A stretch of DNA of 64,000 bases from Vicugna vicugna (GCA_013265495.1 MU058384.1:6072792-6136791); one strand, 5' to 3'. Counted from the first letter of the stretch, positions 13,190-26,679 are shown. Notes: generated by a model not told the origin, from the sequence alone. Program-made: numbers and translations.

Positions 13190-14440
13190 CTGTAATTACT
13201 TTTAAATCTGTGTCTGATAACTCTAATATTTGGATTCCTATGGATCTGTTTGACCAAATTGTTTCCTTTTTGTTCTAAGTGATTTGATTCTGTTTCTGGT
13301 ATGACTGGTTGTGTTTAATGGGTGTCAGTTATCGTATATGAAAAAGCTTAAAGATAACTTGAGGTCATGATAATATGACTTTCCTAAAGAGAGGAATAAC
13401 ATTTTCCTCTGGTAGAGAGACAGCTAGAATAGAAGTAGGTCATCTTAATTTACTTTGGGTTGAACTAGTTCCAGATATTTTTCAGTAATAGTGATAGTCT
13501 ATTTCCAGTTTCCTTAGTATAAAGGTATAGCTTTTCTGGAGTTTCAGCTGAATGTCTGGGATATTTTACCAAGATTTTCTATGGTGAGCCCTGAACGTCA
13601 ATTTTTGTCTCCTTAGCCCTTGTGACTTTTGGAAATTTTGAAGTTTCTTCCTCTCTTAGGTACCAATTTTTGTTTGGCTTTTGACCTCTTGTCTGGAAGT
13701 TACAGACTGGCAAATACTGGCAAATATTTCAACAGGGCAGGCAACAGTGAGCACTGAGCTTACCTCTCTGTTATCCCTTTCCCTTTGGATCTTGGCTTCT
13801 CAAGACCACACTATTTTGATTGCTCTTTGAGGTCTTAAAACAGATTGTTTTAATTTTCCAGGCTCTTCTTGTTGTTTTATAATAAAAGATTTAGTCTTGT
13901 GCAAGTTAGTCAGTTGTAGCCAGACGCACACACCCTCTGACTGTTATTTCAATTTGCATATCCATTTATTTTACTGGGGTTGGGGAGCTTTTATATATTT
14001 ACTGCTCATTGTGCTTTCTTCTCTGTGAATCCTTTGCCTACTTTTTATTGGGTTGTTTTTGGTTTAGGACACATGAAGAACTCCAGATACTGTTTGGGGG
14101 AAAGGAGGCTATAATATGTCTGCAAATATCTTCCTCTAGCCTGTGACTTGTCTCAATTTTTTTATGTTATCTTTTGTCACACAGAAATTTTCAATGTTAA
14201 TAAATAAATTTTAAACACTTTTCCTTTATAGTTTGTGGGGTTTGTGTCCGGTTAAATAAATTCTTTTGTATCCTTATGTTATAAATATATCCTCTTAGGT
14301 TTTCTCCCAAAAGTCTTGCAGTTTAATTTTTATATTGAGGTCTTTAATTTACCAGACATTTACTTTTTCTGTGTTGTATTGTATTGGGATAGCCAAATGT
14401 TCTAGCATCATACATCCAATGCCAACCGCTTCTCAAATGT
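13190..14440 (-). mobile_element. Degenerate old L1M fragments
   Basis: T-rich antisense L1-like segments (tttaaatctgtgtctgataactctaatattt; tctgcaaatatcttcctc...; tattgaggtctttaattt). Confidence 0.5.
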
Positions 14441-14589
14441 TTGGTAACGTCACCGTCAGTGTTTCTTTGTAAAATTAACTTTAGTATTTGTAATGTATTA
14501 GTGTCATTTATTCCTTTTTTATGTTCACATAACTACTCAAGGACAGTGATCACATCTTATGGTTCTTTGATTCTCCCAAGCTCTTCAGC

Positions 14590-14785
14590 TTTTATAAAAT
14601 TAAATACAATGAAACATTTGTTAATAGATATATTGATCTAAGTTGATTAATGCTATATATTGATAAACAAGATAACACTTTCAACCTATCACAAAATTCA
14701 CACTTATGATTTCTGTTGGGTCTGCAACATATGCAACAAAGTATTCATCTGTAATGACTCTAAAATAAAGCTCTAGAAAAATATT
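14590..14785 (+). mobile_element. Possible hAT-Charlie transposase C-terminal remnant
   Basis: gggtctgcaacatatgcaacaaagtattcatctgtaatgactctaaaa resembles the GSTYxCExxFSxM dimerisation motif once frameshifts are allowed; cagtgtttct (Charlie-like TIR start) at 14457. Confidence 0.3.
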
Positions 14786-14792
14786 ATTAGCA

Positions 14793-14985
14793 CTGGCTAA
14801 CATTTATTGGTTACTGATTATGCACTCGGCAATCTTCTAAGAACTTTGTTAACTCTATATGAGTTAATTTTATATCTGCTAACTCATAATAAAACTATGA
14901 CTCAGAAACTACTATTATCAACATTTTTCAGATGAGAAAACTGAGGCACATTGCAGTGAATTTTTACTCAAGTTTATAGACAGTG
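14793..14985 (-). mobile_element. MIR SINE
   Basis: ggctaacatttattgg...tattatcaacatttttcagatgagaaaactgaggcaca. Confidence 0.75.
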
Positions 14986-17049
14986 CAAAACTATTTTATT
15001 TAAATCCACTTTATTTTAACTTGAAAAAGTAATGAAGTATTGCTACTATACAACTTTCAGGTAAACACTGAATTATAAAAATATTTCTAAATAAATCCAT
15101 CATTCTTTCTGATATATGTCCACATTTATATTTCAATTTATGAATACAGTGATCATAATTCTCAATAATAATTTATTGGAAATTTACTAATTTGTGGCAT
15201 TGCATAGGTGTTAAAATTAACTATAATTTGCTCAAACCTACATAAAACATTTTGTGTGTTTGACTTTCACTACTCTTTACTTGATAATGGCTGCATTTCA
15301 AGGGATAATGCACTTTATGTGCTGCTTTAGTGGTTAAAAACACATTTCACATAAATGGAATAAAGAACATTTAATGAACTAAGCTCTGTGCATGTGAAAG
15401 CCAACAGTAATATTAGAAATGGTGTTTATTTTATAGCCCAGAAACTGCATTTTAAATGCTAGTATATGTTTATGTGACAGTTCTATTAAATATAAAAGAA
15501 TCCCATTACAAGGGAAGTCCTTTACATGGACTTTTTATGTGGTCTAAATTGCATACCCGGCCCTGCAACTCCTCATGTGAGACATTTTTAGAACCTTATT
15601 TATGTTAAAGCCATAACAAACTAGCAACTAGAAAACTATAATGAGCACAAACGGCTAATAAAAAGAGATTGTTGAAAATACTTCTTAATAGCAACTTAGG
15701 AAGAATCCTGATAAAACAAAGTCAAAGCTCAGTGTCTCTGGAAGCCTGCCACCCCGTAATCACAGACCACAGGTACTCCCCCTTTCCCATCTTCATTGCT
15801 GTCTTGGCTGGAAACTTAATAACCGATGCACTTTAAGGTTGGTATTTGCCCTATTTTTTCATCTTAGTGCCTACTGAACCACAGGTGCTCTGGAAAAAAT
15901 TCCCAGGGTCATTCTTTCTCCCTGTGCTGATTATTTGGTGGATGACTCCTCTGGAGAGGTAGAGCAGGTATTCCAATATTGGTCCAAGGGGGAAGAATGC
16001 CAGCCTGCATGCATACATGAGTCTGCATGTGTGTGCAAATATGTGCATGTGTGTTATATATGTTAAGCCCAGACACTTGAAATCTGGATCACTTCCTAGC
16101 TGAACTGCTGTGTTTAGACAAGCTGGCCAAAATGAACAGGTCAAACCCTTTATTTATAGAGTAAAAACTATTTGATCTGGGGTAGATATCAGCTCTACAG
16201 TCAAACATGTGGGCTAAAGTCATTTTTATTGCTACATCTTGCAGAATTCTGAAATGGTTCATGTGGTCATCCATGTGAGCAAAGGAAAAATTCCCACAGA
16301 AGAGTGGGCCAGCCATGTGTGAGATGCTGCTAGGATCACTAAGAAAACCAGTATGTGTTTATACAAGTGAAAGTGTAAAACAATAGAAGAAGAATGACTT
16401 CAATTTCTGAACTGCAGGAATCTCCGGTGAATTTTGCTCACCCAAACCCTGGAGGCACTCTGCTAGGGCAGTAGCTGAAGGAGGCGCAAAGCAGTGCTCT
16501 CTTTTTCTAAACCTGGGGATGATGGAACCCTATGGAATACAGTTTGAAAACTACTCACCTATTGTAGTTCTTTATGCCAAATGATGAATGGTCTAAAACC
16601 CAGCAGTTTTTGGAGCTGGATGCCACTTTTAAGGTCAGTGATGTTTATCTCTCACCCACTGTGGAAATTTCCTCCCTAACGCCTCTGATGAAAACAGCCT
16701 ATTTTTAAACACACAGTGTTGGGAAGCTCAAGACCTTAAAATTTGTCCAGCTTTACTTGTAAGAAAATTTTTTATAAGACAGTTCCCAACCCATGCATAT
16801 TTAATTTATGTAATCATGTCACTTAAATGAACATGACCACCCAAGAACAGCTGGCTCATCTTAGAAGATTCCCACTGTCATACTTGGAATTACCCTTTGT
16901 GATGGAAAAATTATACATATATACATTTATACATATATAAATGTATTTTCAGCCTGTGTCATTCTGCTCAGCTCCTGAGCTTTTATTGTTCTGAATGGAG
17001 AAAATTATCTTCAAGATAACATCTCGAAGTTATTCCAGGGCCCTAAATA

Positions 17050-17168
17050 AATATATATATATATTCATGTATGACTGAAAAATTGTGCTCTACACTGGAA
17101 TTTGACACAACATTGTAAAATGATTATAAATCAATAAAAAATTTTTAAAAAACCCAAAAAACAAAAAA
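17050..17168 (+). mobile_element. Camelid-type L1 3' terminus with A-rich tail
   Basis: catgtatgactgaaaaattgtgctctacactggaatttgacacaacattgtaaaatgattataaatcaataaaaaa. Confidence 0.85.
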
Positions 17169-17799
17169 GATAGAGAAATAAAACACTGGGACAAAGTTGA
17201 TGATGTGGCTTTAAAGAACTTTGCCAAATGTTTTCTTCACCAATCTCATTAAGAGAGGGAACATGCTGGAAACTGATGAAGTTTCAAGAACCGAGGAGAT
17301 GGCCAAATCTTCCATCAGGATATCAGGAAACCAGACGAAGACCACTGGGAGAGCAAGTTGAATGCAATGGAGTATTTGCTACACTTGGGGAAAAAAAATG
17401 TGAATCAGTCACAACTGGAACTGCACAGACTGGCCACTGACATACACAGAACTTGTTTGTGTAATCTCATTGAAACAGATGACACAAATGAGCAGGTGAA
17501 ATCCATTAAAGAATTCAGTGACCATTGTAATCCACTTGCATAAGATGGGGTTCCTGGTACCTGGCACTAGAAAGCCTGTCTTTAACAATCACACCCTGGA
17601 ATAGAGTGACACAGAGAGCTAAGCCTTAGGTTCCTCATAGCCATAGGAGTGATTTTGGTCACCAAGGCAGTGCATGCATTTGGGTTACCTTTACCTTTTC
17701 TGTAAGTTGTACCAAAGCACCAACTTAAGTTCTTTCATTTGTAACATTCTTTCGAATAAAATAATTTGATAAGCCTCCTCTCCTTCAAAAAACCAACAA

Positions 17800-18478
17800 A
17801 AATGTAACACAGCAGTACATACCTAAATTTTAAAAATTTTACTAAGTGTTGACGAGGAAGTGGAACTCTTACTGGTAAAGATGTAAAATGGTGAAACTGC
17901 TTTGGAAAATGGGCAGTTTTTTAAAATGTTACATATACATCTTATCATCTAACCTCAGTCTTCACTAGATCTTACCTACAAGAAATGAAAGCACAGGTCC
18001 ATATAGAGACTTGTACACAAATGCTCATAGGAACTTTATTTATAATAACCAAAAAGTGAAAACAATTCAAATTTCTATTAATAGAAGAATGAACAAACTA
18101 AATGATGTGGTACATCCATCTCATGGAATGCTACTCAATAATAAAAAATGGATAAAATTTTAATCCATGCTACAGCATGAGTGACTCTCAAAATGATTAC
18201 GCTGAGTGAAAAATGTCAGGGAAAAAATACATTCTGTATGATTCCATTTTTCTAACGTTCTTTAAAAATGCAAACTAATGTATTCTGACAGAAAGCAGAT
18301 CAGAGGCTGCAAGGAGAAAGGAGAGCGGGAGGTCCTGAAGGGAGGGATTAGGAAGTGATGCAAAGAAACCTCTGAGAGTGATGAATACGTTTACCTTGCA
18401 GGAGTGGTTCAAATTCTGTACTTTAAATTCGTGCCGTTTATGTATGTCAACTATGCCTTAAGAAAGCTGTTTTAGAAA
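17800..18478 (+). mobile_element. L1MD/L1ME ORF2 end and 3'UTR
   Basis: aagtgttgacgaggaagtgga, gtaaaatggtgaaactgctttggaaaa, gacttgtacacaaatgctcatag, attacgctgagtgaaaaa, aaagcagatcagaggctgc. Confidence 0.8.
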
Positions 18479-21169
18479 ATCTCTGACTGTCGTAAATCTA
18501 GCCCAGGTTTCTCTTTAAATACATCTTTTAAATGAGGCTTCAAAATGTTGGCGTAGCACAGGGTGAGAACACAGTAAGCAGCAGTGACTGCTCCTCTCAT
18601 TCGCCCAGGTTCCAGCATCACCCCTTTGGCCATCTTGCTGCTCGCTCTCTCTCCTAGGACCGCGGTCCTGCAGGGTTGCTGCTGCTGTTGGCTGGCTTTC
18701 ACTGCTCATCTTTTTCTAAGACATTTTTCTCAAACTTAGATTCTCAGTGAGATCCTTTAAGAAAAGGTACATGTCAAACTGGTAAACACTTTTCTTCCAT
18801 TTCCTCTTCTAAAAACCACATCAGCTCTTAAAGTAAAAACATTGGTTTTTGATTTTTGGTTATGTTTGTTTACTTGTGGGGGAGGGATCAAATAAAAGTA
18901 TCAACTCTAGCTTTCCTTTTGACATTTTTAGAAGTGATAGGATTAGCAGACTAAGTGAGCCTTCTTTCTAATGAAAATTGGTGCAAGCAGATAGACTTTA
19001 TTAATTTGGCCAAGAAAATTAGAAAGTGGGAAGGCTGGCCCGTGGGGCCCTTCTGGTTCTTGACTAAATTTTAGCACACAGATGACAAGGCTGTTTGCTG
19101 CACTAGCTTCACTGGTTTCAAGGAACCAAAATTCAAAGTGCAAGTGTGCCCTGCTTCTCCGTTTCTGTGTTAATGGCTATAAGCCTCTTCTGCACAGCAG
19201 CCCCATTCACTATCGCTTTCTGTGTGACTGTGTGTGGTCTCCTTTCGTGTCTGTTTCTCCTCCTTCTCCTTTGATTTTATTAACTATATCATGAAGTTAA
19301 ATTTTGCTTTTATTATTTTATTTATTGAATGGAATGTTTGAATTGCTTTCCTTAAAAACAGTTGGATAACATATTTTTACTCCTCTCAAAAAAAACCACT
19401 TCAATTACAATGAAACAAATAAAATCTAGTTGTTTTATACTTTTTCCTTATATGTCCTTTGATTTGCTTTTTTCTGTGCTAGTGGCACTGGTCTCTCCCG
19501 CCTCTGCCTGCCAGCTCTAATGCCATTACATTACGTGGTAAGGTGATAATTTAGTGAATTATCGTACTTCATAGCCTTATTTGTAGGTAGAGTCAAGTGC
19601 ATTACCATGGAGTTGACAGTATATGTATTTGCTATTTTTCCCTTTAAATTTTTTTGCCTATTTTGATTGATAATAAATATTTGATCATTCCAAATAAAAC
19701 TAATTAAGTATATGCATTTTTTAGAACTTCCTTATTTAGCAAAATTGTTATAATCTTCAAAAAATTACTTGGCAAAATTTATTTTGATTATAAATCTAGC
19801 AGTGATCAATGAGAAACATTAATTTTCTTATATTGCTTTGGCCACTTTTCTCATCTTTGGATGAGAGGGCAATTGTGAGAACACCATTTGCACTGAGAGA
19901 CCATCAAAGACTAGTTTTAGACATTCAATTTCACACAATATAAGGCCCCTGAACTTCTAAGAAAGTTTACTTCATAAACTGTCACTAATCATCTACAAGT
20001 CTGGTGTTCTACCAAATAAAACATGAAGCCATGAATAAAAGTCCTCATCAACAATTAAAGGGCAATATGAAATAATAATAGAGGAAGGCAAATGAGAGAA
20101 AGATTACAGAAGGGTTTTGGAAATGTTAAGCAAAAATATTCCAAATTGATTTAGTTAATTCTGAAAGGAGATTAGAAAAAAAAAAAGACTGCATGAAATC
20201 CTGGACCTTTGATTCCATGTTGCATTTTATTATCTTAACCACAGAAAATAAACAGTACAAGACAGGGGAATTTCCTTTGAAATACAAGTTGGAGAGAACT
20301 TCTTTTGCAGTTCCTTTATTGTATCATGATCTCTCCAATTCTGCTCTTACTCTGTGACTTCCTGATAAAGAGCAGTTATAAAATTTCCAGAATTACACCC
20401 ACCTGCAGCAGCAAGATTTAAAGATGGGAGGATTTCCAGAAGAAGAGTTCAGCCACATTCCCACTGACTGCTGGGGATGGAAAACAGCCTCTAGTGACAA
20501 GAGAGGCAAGGCCGCTTCCGCAACAGACAACCATTTAGACAGAGCTCTCCCCTCCATCCCTCCCTAACCCATAGGTTTTCCTGTCCCTATGAAAAAACAA
20601 TGTTGTTTGAGCAATTATTCCTCCATTATGAACAGACCAGGTGGGGGATAGCATGTTACATCAGATTTGGAACAAGAGGCGGCCACCAGTGGGACAAGGA
20701 GGAATTACAAGAGCAGGTCAAGTTGGAGCCTTGGTTTTTTTCATATTGCAGTGAACATACGCTGTTCAATAAGGCATAGCCAGCAGGCATGGCATGCTTT
20801 ACCTGCGACAGCTGCAGGATCTCCTAGTGAGACTCTAATTCCTCATCTTTGCCTGGAGAAAGGACATAGAGCCTAGAACTTTCCCTGGAATTCTTAAAAG
20901 AAAACCTCTAACAGCAGTGGATGGTGTACATCTGCTCTTTTGCTGCCTAAAATCAGCACTAGGCTGGGGAGGCCAGGGCAGAGACATTCAGGTCTTGGAC
21001 TCCTGGGTTGAAACTCAGCCTGAATTCTTTACTTTGTAGTCTTGTCTGCCTTTATGAAGTCAAGCAAGCAGCCCCACTACTGCTACTCTCATCCGAGCTG
21101 CCCCATTTATGCTAGTGGAAATAGTCACCATGTAAAAAAACCAGTGTGGAAATGTTTTTAGGTAGGAAC

Positions 21170-21650
21170 ATGGATCAGTCAGGTTCTGGTGAAAGAGCAA
21201 GAAAGCAGTATAGGCAGTTCAAACACATGAAGTTTAATGCAGGGAATTAGATGTTTATAAAATTAGTAGAAAGACGAGAGCAGCAGAAGTCAGGGTTGCA
21301 GCTGGACATTTACATTCAAGGTCACAACACTGCAGCTGCAATCTATAGGGTTAGGAGACAGCTGCCAACCCACCCCACACCCAGAAATCTGAGGATAAAC
21401 AGGGGAACATGGAGTCTCACTCCTGAACACCCCTATTCTATCAGAGCTCATGGTTGGCCAGCAGAACTGCAGAAAGATGGCCTATACCACGCTTCCACCT
21501 TAAAATCTCATGGGAGCAATTTTTTGGTAGAAACTAAATCACATCCAGCATGCAAAATCAGCAATTCTGTTGCAAGAGAGTTTCAGAAGTGCAGTGTTTA
21601 ATCTTCCAAATCTGGGAGAATGTAGGGATGGATGTGGAGGGTCCATAGAC
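21170..21650 (-). mobile_element. Old LTR (MaLR/ERVL type), degenerate
   Basis: atcagtcaggttctggtg...aagtttaatgcagggaattag resembles the antisense U5 end of old MLT1/ERVL LTRs. Confidence 0.4.
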
Positions 21651-22289
21651 ACTATCTAGTATCCATCTGTTGCTATGTTATACTAAAACCAAACAAACAT
21701 GACTGTGTCATTCTCCATGAACATAGTATTCCTGGCAAAGGTAATGCATCACCAATAGACAAAAAATTCCAACATCCAAAAACTACAGTCAACATTTACC
21801 AAACTAACAATGTTGTATAAAAATAAATCCATTTTTTTCTGGCAAATTCAAGTCTGCTATTCATTACAAATGATATCATTACATCATTTAAAATTCTCAC
21901 CTATATGATATTCATGGATTAAGTATTTATGCATGTCTTTGCATATAAGTAGCCTGAAAATTTTAAGCAAAATGAAACACTAATTGAGCTAAATGATTTC
22001 AATTTCCATAACAAATAGTCTTAGATTTAGTTTTATAATCAGACTAATATATGCTATTTGATTAATTATGCATGTGTTGATTTTTACTTTTTACAACTAA
22101 AATAAACAATGCCAATAAAGCTGATAAATTCAGTGAATTACATTTTCTTGTGGTTCAATTTCCTTCTCCTTCTTCTATGACTAGATGTGGTATCTAATAT
22201 ATATCAGGATGTTATTTTCTAGTATGAAGCACAAAGAAAAGACTAGAGTGTTGAGTACTATTATTTGAATAACATTAAAAAATTGTGGC

Positions 22290-22470
22290 TAAACAACAAG
22301 TTTCTACTGTACAGCACAGGGAACTATATTCAATATTGTAGTAATCTATAATGAAAAAGAACATGAAAAGGAATATATGTATGTATATGTATGACTGAAA
22401 CATTATGCTGTACACCAGAAATTGACACAACATTGTAAACTGACTGTACTTCAATAAAAAAAAATTATTG
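22290..22470 (+). mobile_element. Camelid-type L1 3' end
   Basis: tgtacagcacagggaactatattcaatatt...atgactgaaacattatgctgtacaccagaaattgacacaacattgtaaactgactgtacttcaataaaa; probable TSD aaaaaattgtgg / aaaaaaatttttgtgg. Confidence 0.9.
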
Positions 22471-22489
22471 AAAAAAATTTTTGTGGTCT

Positions 22490-22890
22490 CTCTCCTTCCC
22501 AGGAAACAGACTCAAACAGAAATCTGTGTGTGAGTGATTAATTCATGAGTGCTTTTGGGAGAAACATCTGTGAGGGTTGAGAAACCCAAGATTAGGCAGA
22601 AGAAGGGAGTTGAACCATGATTCGGTTGTAACAGAGGCCTCAGCAGATCCTCCGGAGTTGAGATGATCCTTCAGAGTTGTCCTAAGCCAAGTTGGACACC
22701 TATCTTGACTACCCTGGATGTTGGCTCCTGCAAGGCAACAGGTGTACCCTTGGGTGAGGCAGCTCCCTGTACAAAGGGTACTGTCCAGAGAGGAACTCAC
22801 TTCTGAACCATCAGCAGTCAACATCCTGGCATCTGGAAGAATGAGTGCTTCTGCCTGTAAGGGGGATCTGACTGGCAAAAACAATGTTCA
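22490..22890 (-). mobile_element. ERVL solo LTR (LTR16-family-like)
   Basis: ggaaacagactc...gagtgcttttgggagaaacatctgtg...ggcagaagaagggagttgaac...aacagaggcctcagcagatcc...ccttcagagttgtcc. Confidence 0.65.
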
Positions 22891-24309
22891 CTGTACCTCC
22901 CACAGATGCCATGTTAAAGACAACAAAAGACAGATCTAGATCCCAATCCATTCTACTAAGGAAAACATTTGTTTGGACACACTGATACATTCTATATCAA
23001 ACCACAGTGTACTACCTTACTGAAATTTTAAATACTGAAAAACATTTAAATACTGGCTAGCTTGTACCTATAGGGAAAAAATATGTGTTTTTGTGTATTC
23101 ATAGGATATAGTATTTTTCTATGTCAGAAGACAATTTTAAAAAAAGAGGAAAAAAAGAAGAGTTTTAGCTTATTTTTCTATCTTACAACTATCTTCTGGA
23201 AATATAATTTTGATTCTGTGTTGTATGAATTATAATTATTCATATTCTCTTATGATTCTAGTATACTACATGGGTAGCCTATTTTCCAGGCAACTTTAGA
23301 TATCTTGTGTGAGAAAACATTTTCAATCTAATATGTCACATTGTTATATATGAAAAAAAAAGAATCGAATATTTGAAGAGCTGTCTAGTTTTACTTGTAT
23401 TATTAATTCAACACTTCGGTGAACATATTTCAACTTTTGTGAAATTAAAGGACGATATTGTCTGACAAGTTAAAATGAAAGAAAAGGATATGTAACTTCT
23501 AGTGATATTTGTTCAAGATAATTTATATGAGAAGTCAGTAGTACATAAAGCAGTACAGACAAGAAAGTCAACGTAAAACAGAGGCATAAAGTTGATTTTG
23601 TGGAATATCAAACAGAAATCACGCAGCGCAATCATTAAAGGAAGTTACCTCAGAATGATAATATATGTGGTATACATAATTATAGAAACACATGTGTATA
23701 AAAGTTACTGCATTCGGCACAGGAGCCAGGTGATGAACATAAATCAATCTGTGTTACAGAAAAGGAACATTTTACTCTTAGTCAGCAGTAATCAGTGAAG
23801 AAATAAAGCCAAAGGGAGTTTTAAATAGATACAGACAAATAAGGAGAACATTTCAAGGAATTAGCAGCAAAGCCTGAGAAACAGAATTCATCCAGAAAAG
23901 TCAGTCATGACTGAAGATAAATTACATTATGATTAATGTATTTGCCACCATAAGAATAACAACTATTTTCTGGAGAATATTAGTATATTAGTATTTTCTG
24001 GTGTTCATTAGACCTTGCTGCTTCTGTCAATTTCATTATTTTAAAGTCTATCTTTTTTTTTCTCCAGAGAGACTGATATTACTGATTTTTGCAAAAAAAC
24101 TCATGGGAAGTGGTTTTCTCCTTTCCTAGGGTCGCCTTTAAATCACAGTGAGATTTTTCTAATCAGACATACTTTTGGCTGCTGAACAAAGAACAAGATC
24201 CCCAATCACCTGAGGCTATAACAATGATTCATTTGCACTTAGATGATTAAGGAATGCTTATGTTTAGCTAAAAGGCAAGAATCCAATGTTGGATATCAAT
24301 GGGTTTTTT

Positions 24310-24463
24310 GGTTTCTTTTCTTATTCTTTTTTTTTTTTATAGTGGGGGAGGTAATTAGGTTTATTTATTTATTTATTTTTGGTGAAGGTACTGGGGATTG
24401 AACCCAGGACCTGGTGCATGCATGCTAAGCAGGCGCTTTACCACTGAGCTATATCCTGCCCCC
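24310..24463 (-). mobile_element. Camelid tRNA-derived SINE (Vic-1 type)
   Basis: Minus strand: ggggcaggatatagctcagtggtaaagcgcctgcttagcatg...gtcctgggttcaatccccagtacc (Pol III A and B boxes), (taaa)n, cctaattacctcccc, polyA; TSD atcaatgg(g)ttttt at 24295 and 24464. Confidence 0.85.
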
Positions 24464-24759
24464 ATCAATGGTTTTTCCTGAATCTGACAGATACTTTACT
24501 ACCAATTTCCCCCATCAGCACTAAGTCAAATATTAGAACACTGGAGTTGCCTTGCAAAATTAGCTTTGGGAATTGGGAGAATGTCCATTCTAGAGGTCAG
24601 TATTATACATCGTGGGCTTTTTTAATTGACTGTCTGTGTTCTTCGGTGGCCCAGTAAGACTCCCTGCATAAAATCAAGCTACACCATAAGAGGTGATAAT
24701 GAAGAAACAGCATTATCACTAGAGAAACCTACCTTCCAAAAGCCTTTACCCACAATTTC

Positions 24760-25095
24760 TCTAGGCTGAACATTCAGTAGAGTTGAACTGATATACCCAG
24801 AGGCAATTCTCAGCCGTGGAGGAGGAGGAGGAGGAGGAAGAGTAACCAGTGGGTAAATGCCTCATCTCCCTCCCATTCCTCAAGGGGAACATTTCTGGGA
24901 GGCATTCTGCACAGTTCCCAGAAGAACTGAGTCCACAGCCCAAAGCAGCGCCCTCAATGATATACCTTTAAGTTGGCTATTCCTCCTTTCCTCTCTCATT
25001 TCCCGCTCTCACTTCTCCCAGGGACCAGATTCCAAACTAACTGCAGCCAAGTTCTTGTCTCTGCTTCTCTTTTGGGGGAACCCTGATTAACACAC
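24760..25095 (+). mobile_element. ERVL solo LTR (LTR16C-like) containing (GGA)n
   Basis: aaccagtgggtaaatgcc...tctgggaggcattctgcac...ttcttgtctctgcttctcttttgggggaaccctgattaacaca. Confidence 0.65.
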
Positions 25096-25100
25096 TTCTG

Positions 25101-25152
25101 ATTATTATTATTATTGTTATTATTGTTATTACTATCATCATCATCATCATTA
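25101..25152. repeat. (ATT)n/(ATC)n microsatellite
   Basis: attattattattattgttattattg...atcatcatcatcatcat. Confidence 0.9.
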
Positions 25153-25564
25153 TGTTATTCATCTCATCTCAAAAATGAGTAATATCAAAATCCTTCCTGC
25201 TTCAATTTGGCCAATATTAGGTTTTTGGCCAATATTACAATTTGTGTACTTGGGTCTGTTTTGTTCTGCTGATAAATTTATATATTGTTTGGAATTGTGT
25301 TTGCTAATGCACTTAATGCGTTAATATATGTTAAAGAATGTTTTCTTTCTATCTTTCTTCTTTTTAAAGGTATTTGTGGCTGTCCTCAATGATTTATTTT
25401 TCATAAGAATTCTCAGTTAATTTTATCCGATTCCAAGATAAATCACATTGTGATTGTGGTAAATGATTTCTGAATTTGCATTAAATTCACAAATTAGTTT
25501 AGGAAGAATTGCATTTTGAAACTTACATTGTTTCTTTCCGAGATAAGATATATTTTTCCCGAAA

Positions 25565-25932
25565 GTCTCAGTCCATTCAGGCTGCTATAACAAAATACCT
25601 GAGTGGCTCATAAATAATAGAAATTTATTTCTCACAGTTCTAGAATCTGAGAAGTCCAAGACAGAGGCACAAGCAGATTCAGTGTCTGGGGAGGGCCCTC
25701 TTCCTGGTTCCTGGACCACCATCTTCTTCTGTAACCTCACCATGGTTACTAGTGGGTCAAGGGGCTAGAAAGTTCTCTGGGGTCTCTTTTAGAAGGGCAC
25801 TAATCCCATTCATGAGGACTCCACCCTCATGGCCTAATTATCTCCCAAGTTCTCACCTCCTTACACCATCACTTAAGGGGTTTAGATTTCAACACATGAA
25901 TACTGGGGGGACAAGAACACTCGGTCTATAGT
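25565..25932 (-). mobile_element. ERVL-MaLR solo LTR (MLT1A-like) nested in old L1
   Basis: gtctcagtccattcaggctgctataacaaaatacc...atttctcacagttctaga...gggcactaatcccattcatgagg...tttcaacacatgaat. Confidence 0.85.
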
Positions 25933-26468
25933 GTCAAATATTCAGTTATTAATATTATGTAATATTCTTTAAGTTCTGTGTCTTTCTTATATAATATATT
26001 CCTAGATTTTTTTTAATTTGGGTTACTATTATTAATTGATATTTGGTTTTCAGTTTGGATCTCACCTGGTTGCTAATATAGAGAAAGTCTGTTTTGTCTT
26101 TTTTTCCCTTTTATCTGGCTACTTTACTAAGCGTTCTATATAGTCTTCTGTGTAATCTGAGCACATAATCATCTCGTAGGTGTATATATATAGGTAACTT
26201 TACCTTCTTTTCTTCAATATTGATTATTTCTATTTATTTTCTCATTGCAATTGTTGCAGCCTCTCAAATGATGCTGATTTATAGTAGTGTTAGCCAGTGT
26301 CTCTGACATAGCTCTTATTTTTAGTGGAAATTATCTCAGTATTTAATTATTTCCTACTGTGGAGTTTTGGTAACAAGCCTTTATTATATTGCAGTAGTAT
26401 CTGTATTCACCACCACCTCCACTCCTCCTCCATACGCTGCCTTCCCTGAGGGCTAAGAGCTGCGTCTG

Positions 26469-26482
26469 ACGCCAGGTGGCAG
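26469..26482 (+). promoter_or_regulatory. Candidate CTCF motif
   Basis: acgccaggtggcag vs core CCACCAGGTGGCAG (12/14 identical), in a locally GC-rich non-repeat patch. Confidence 0.35.
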
Positions 26483-26679
26483 GCAGGGGAACTGCAGGCA
26501 CTCAAGCGTTGCAGTGGTAGGCACCTTGCAGCTAATTTAGCTTCAACATCTACTGTGTGACTGCATGGTTCTTCATGGTTTCGCATCCACTGTGAAATGA
26601 CTCAGAACCTCCCAAGGTGAATCACGTTACTCACAGGTTACAGATAAGGAGTCTGAGATCAAAAAGGGAAAGACAGAGG

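Noticed and set aside
12897..13205. 102-aa ORF, and the similar 98-aa ORF at 60971-61267
   Set aside because: Both are antisense readings of the L1 ORF2 C-terminus
18472..18633. MAKG... start resembling an HMGB pseudogene
   Set aside because: Similarity does not extend past four or five codons
20685..20700. ggccaccagtgggac as a CTCF site
   Set aside because: Mismatches at key positions of the 3' half (no GGC)
24385..24463. tRNA-like sequence on the minus strand
   Set aside because: It is the head of a SINE with tail, polyA and TSD, and carries a 4-bp duplication; not a tRNA gene
25208..25237. 12-bp direct repeat ttggccaatatt with a 6-nt spacer
   Set aside because: Only two copies; a local duplication, not an array
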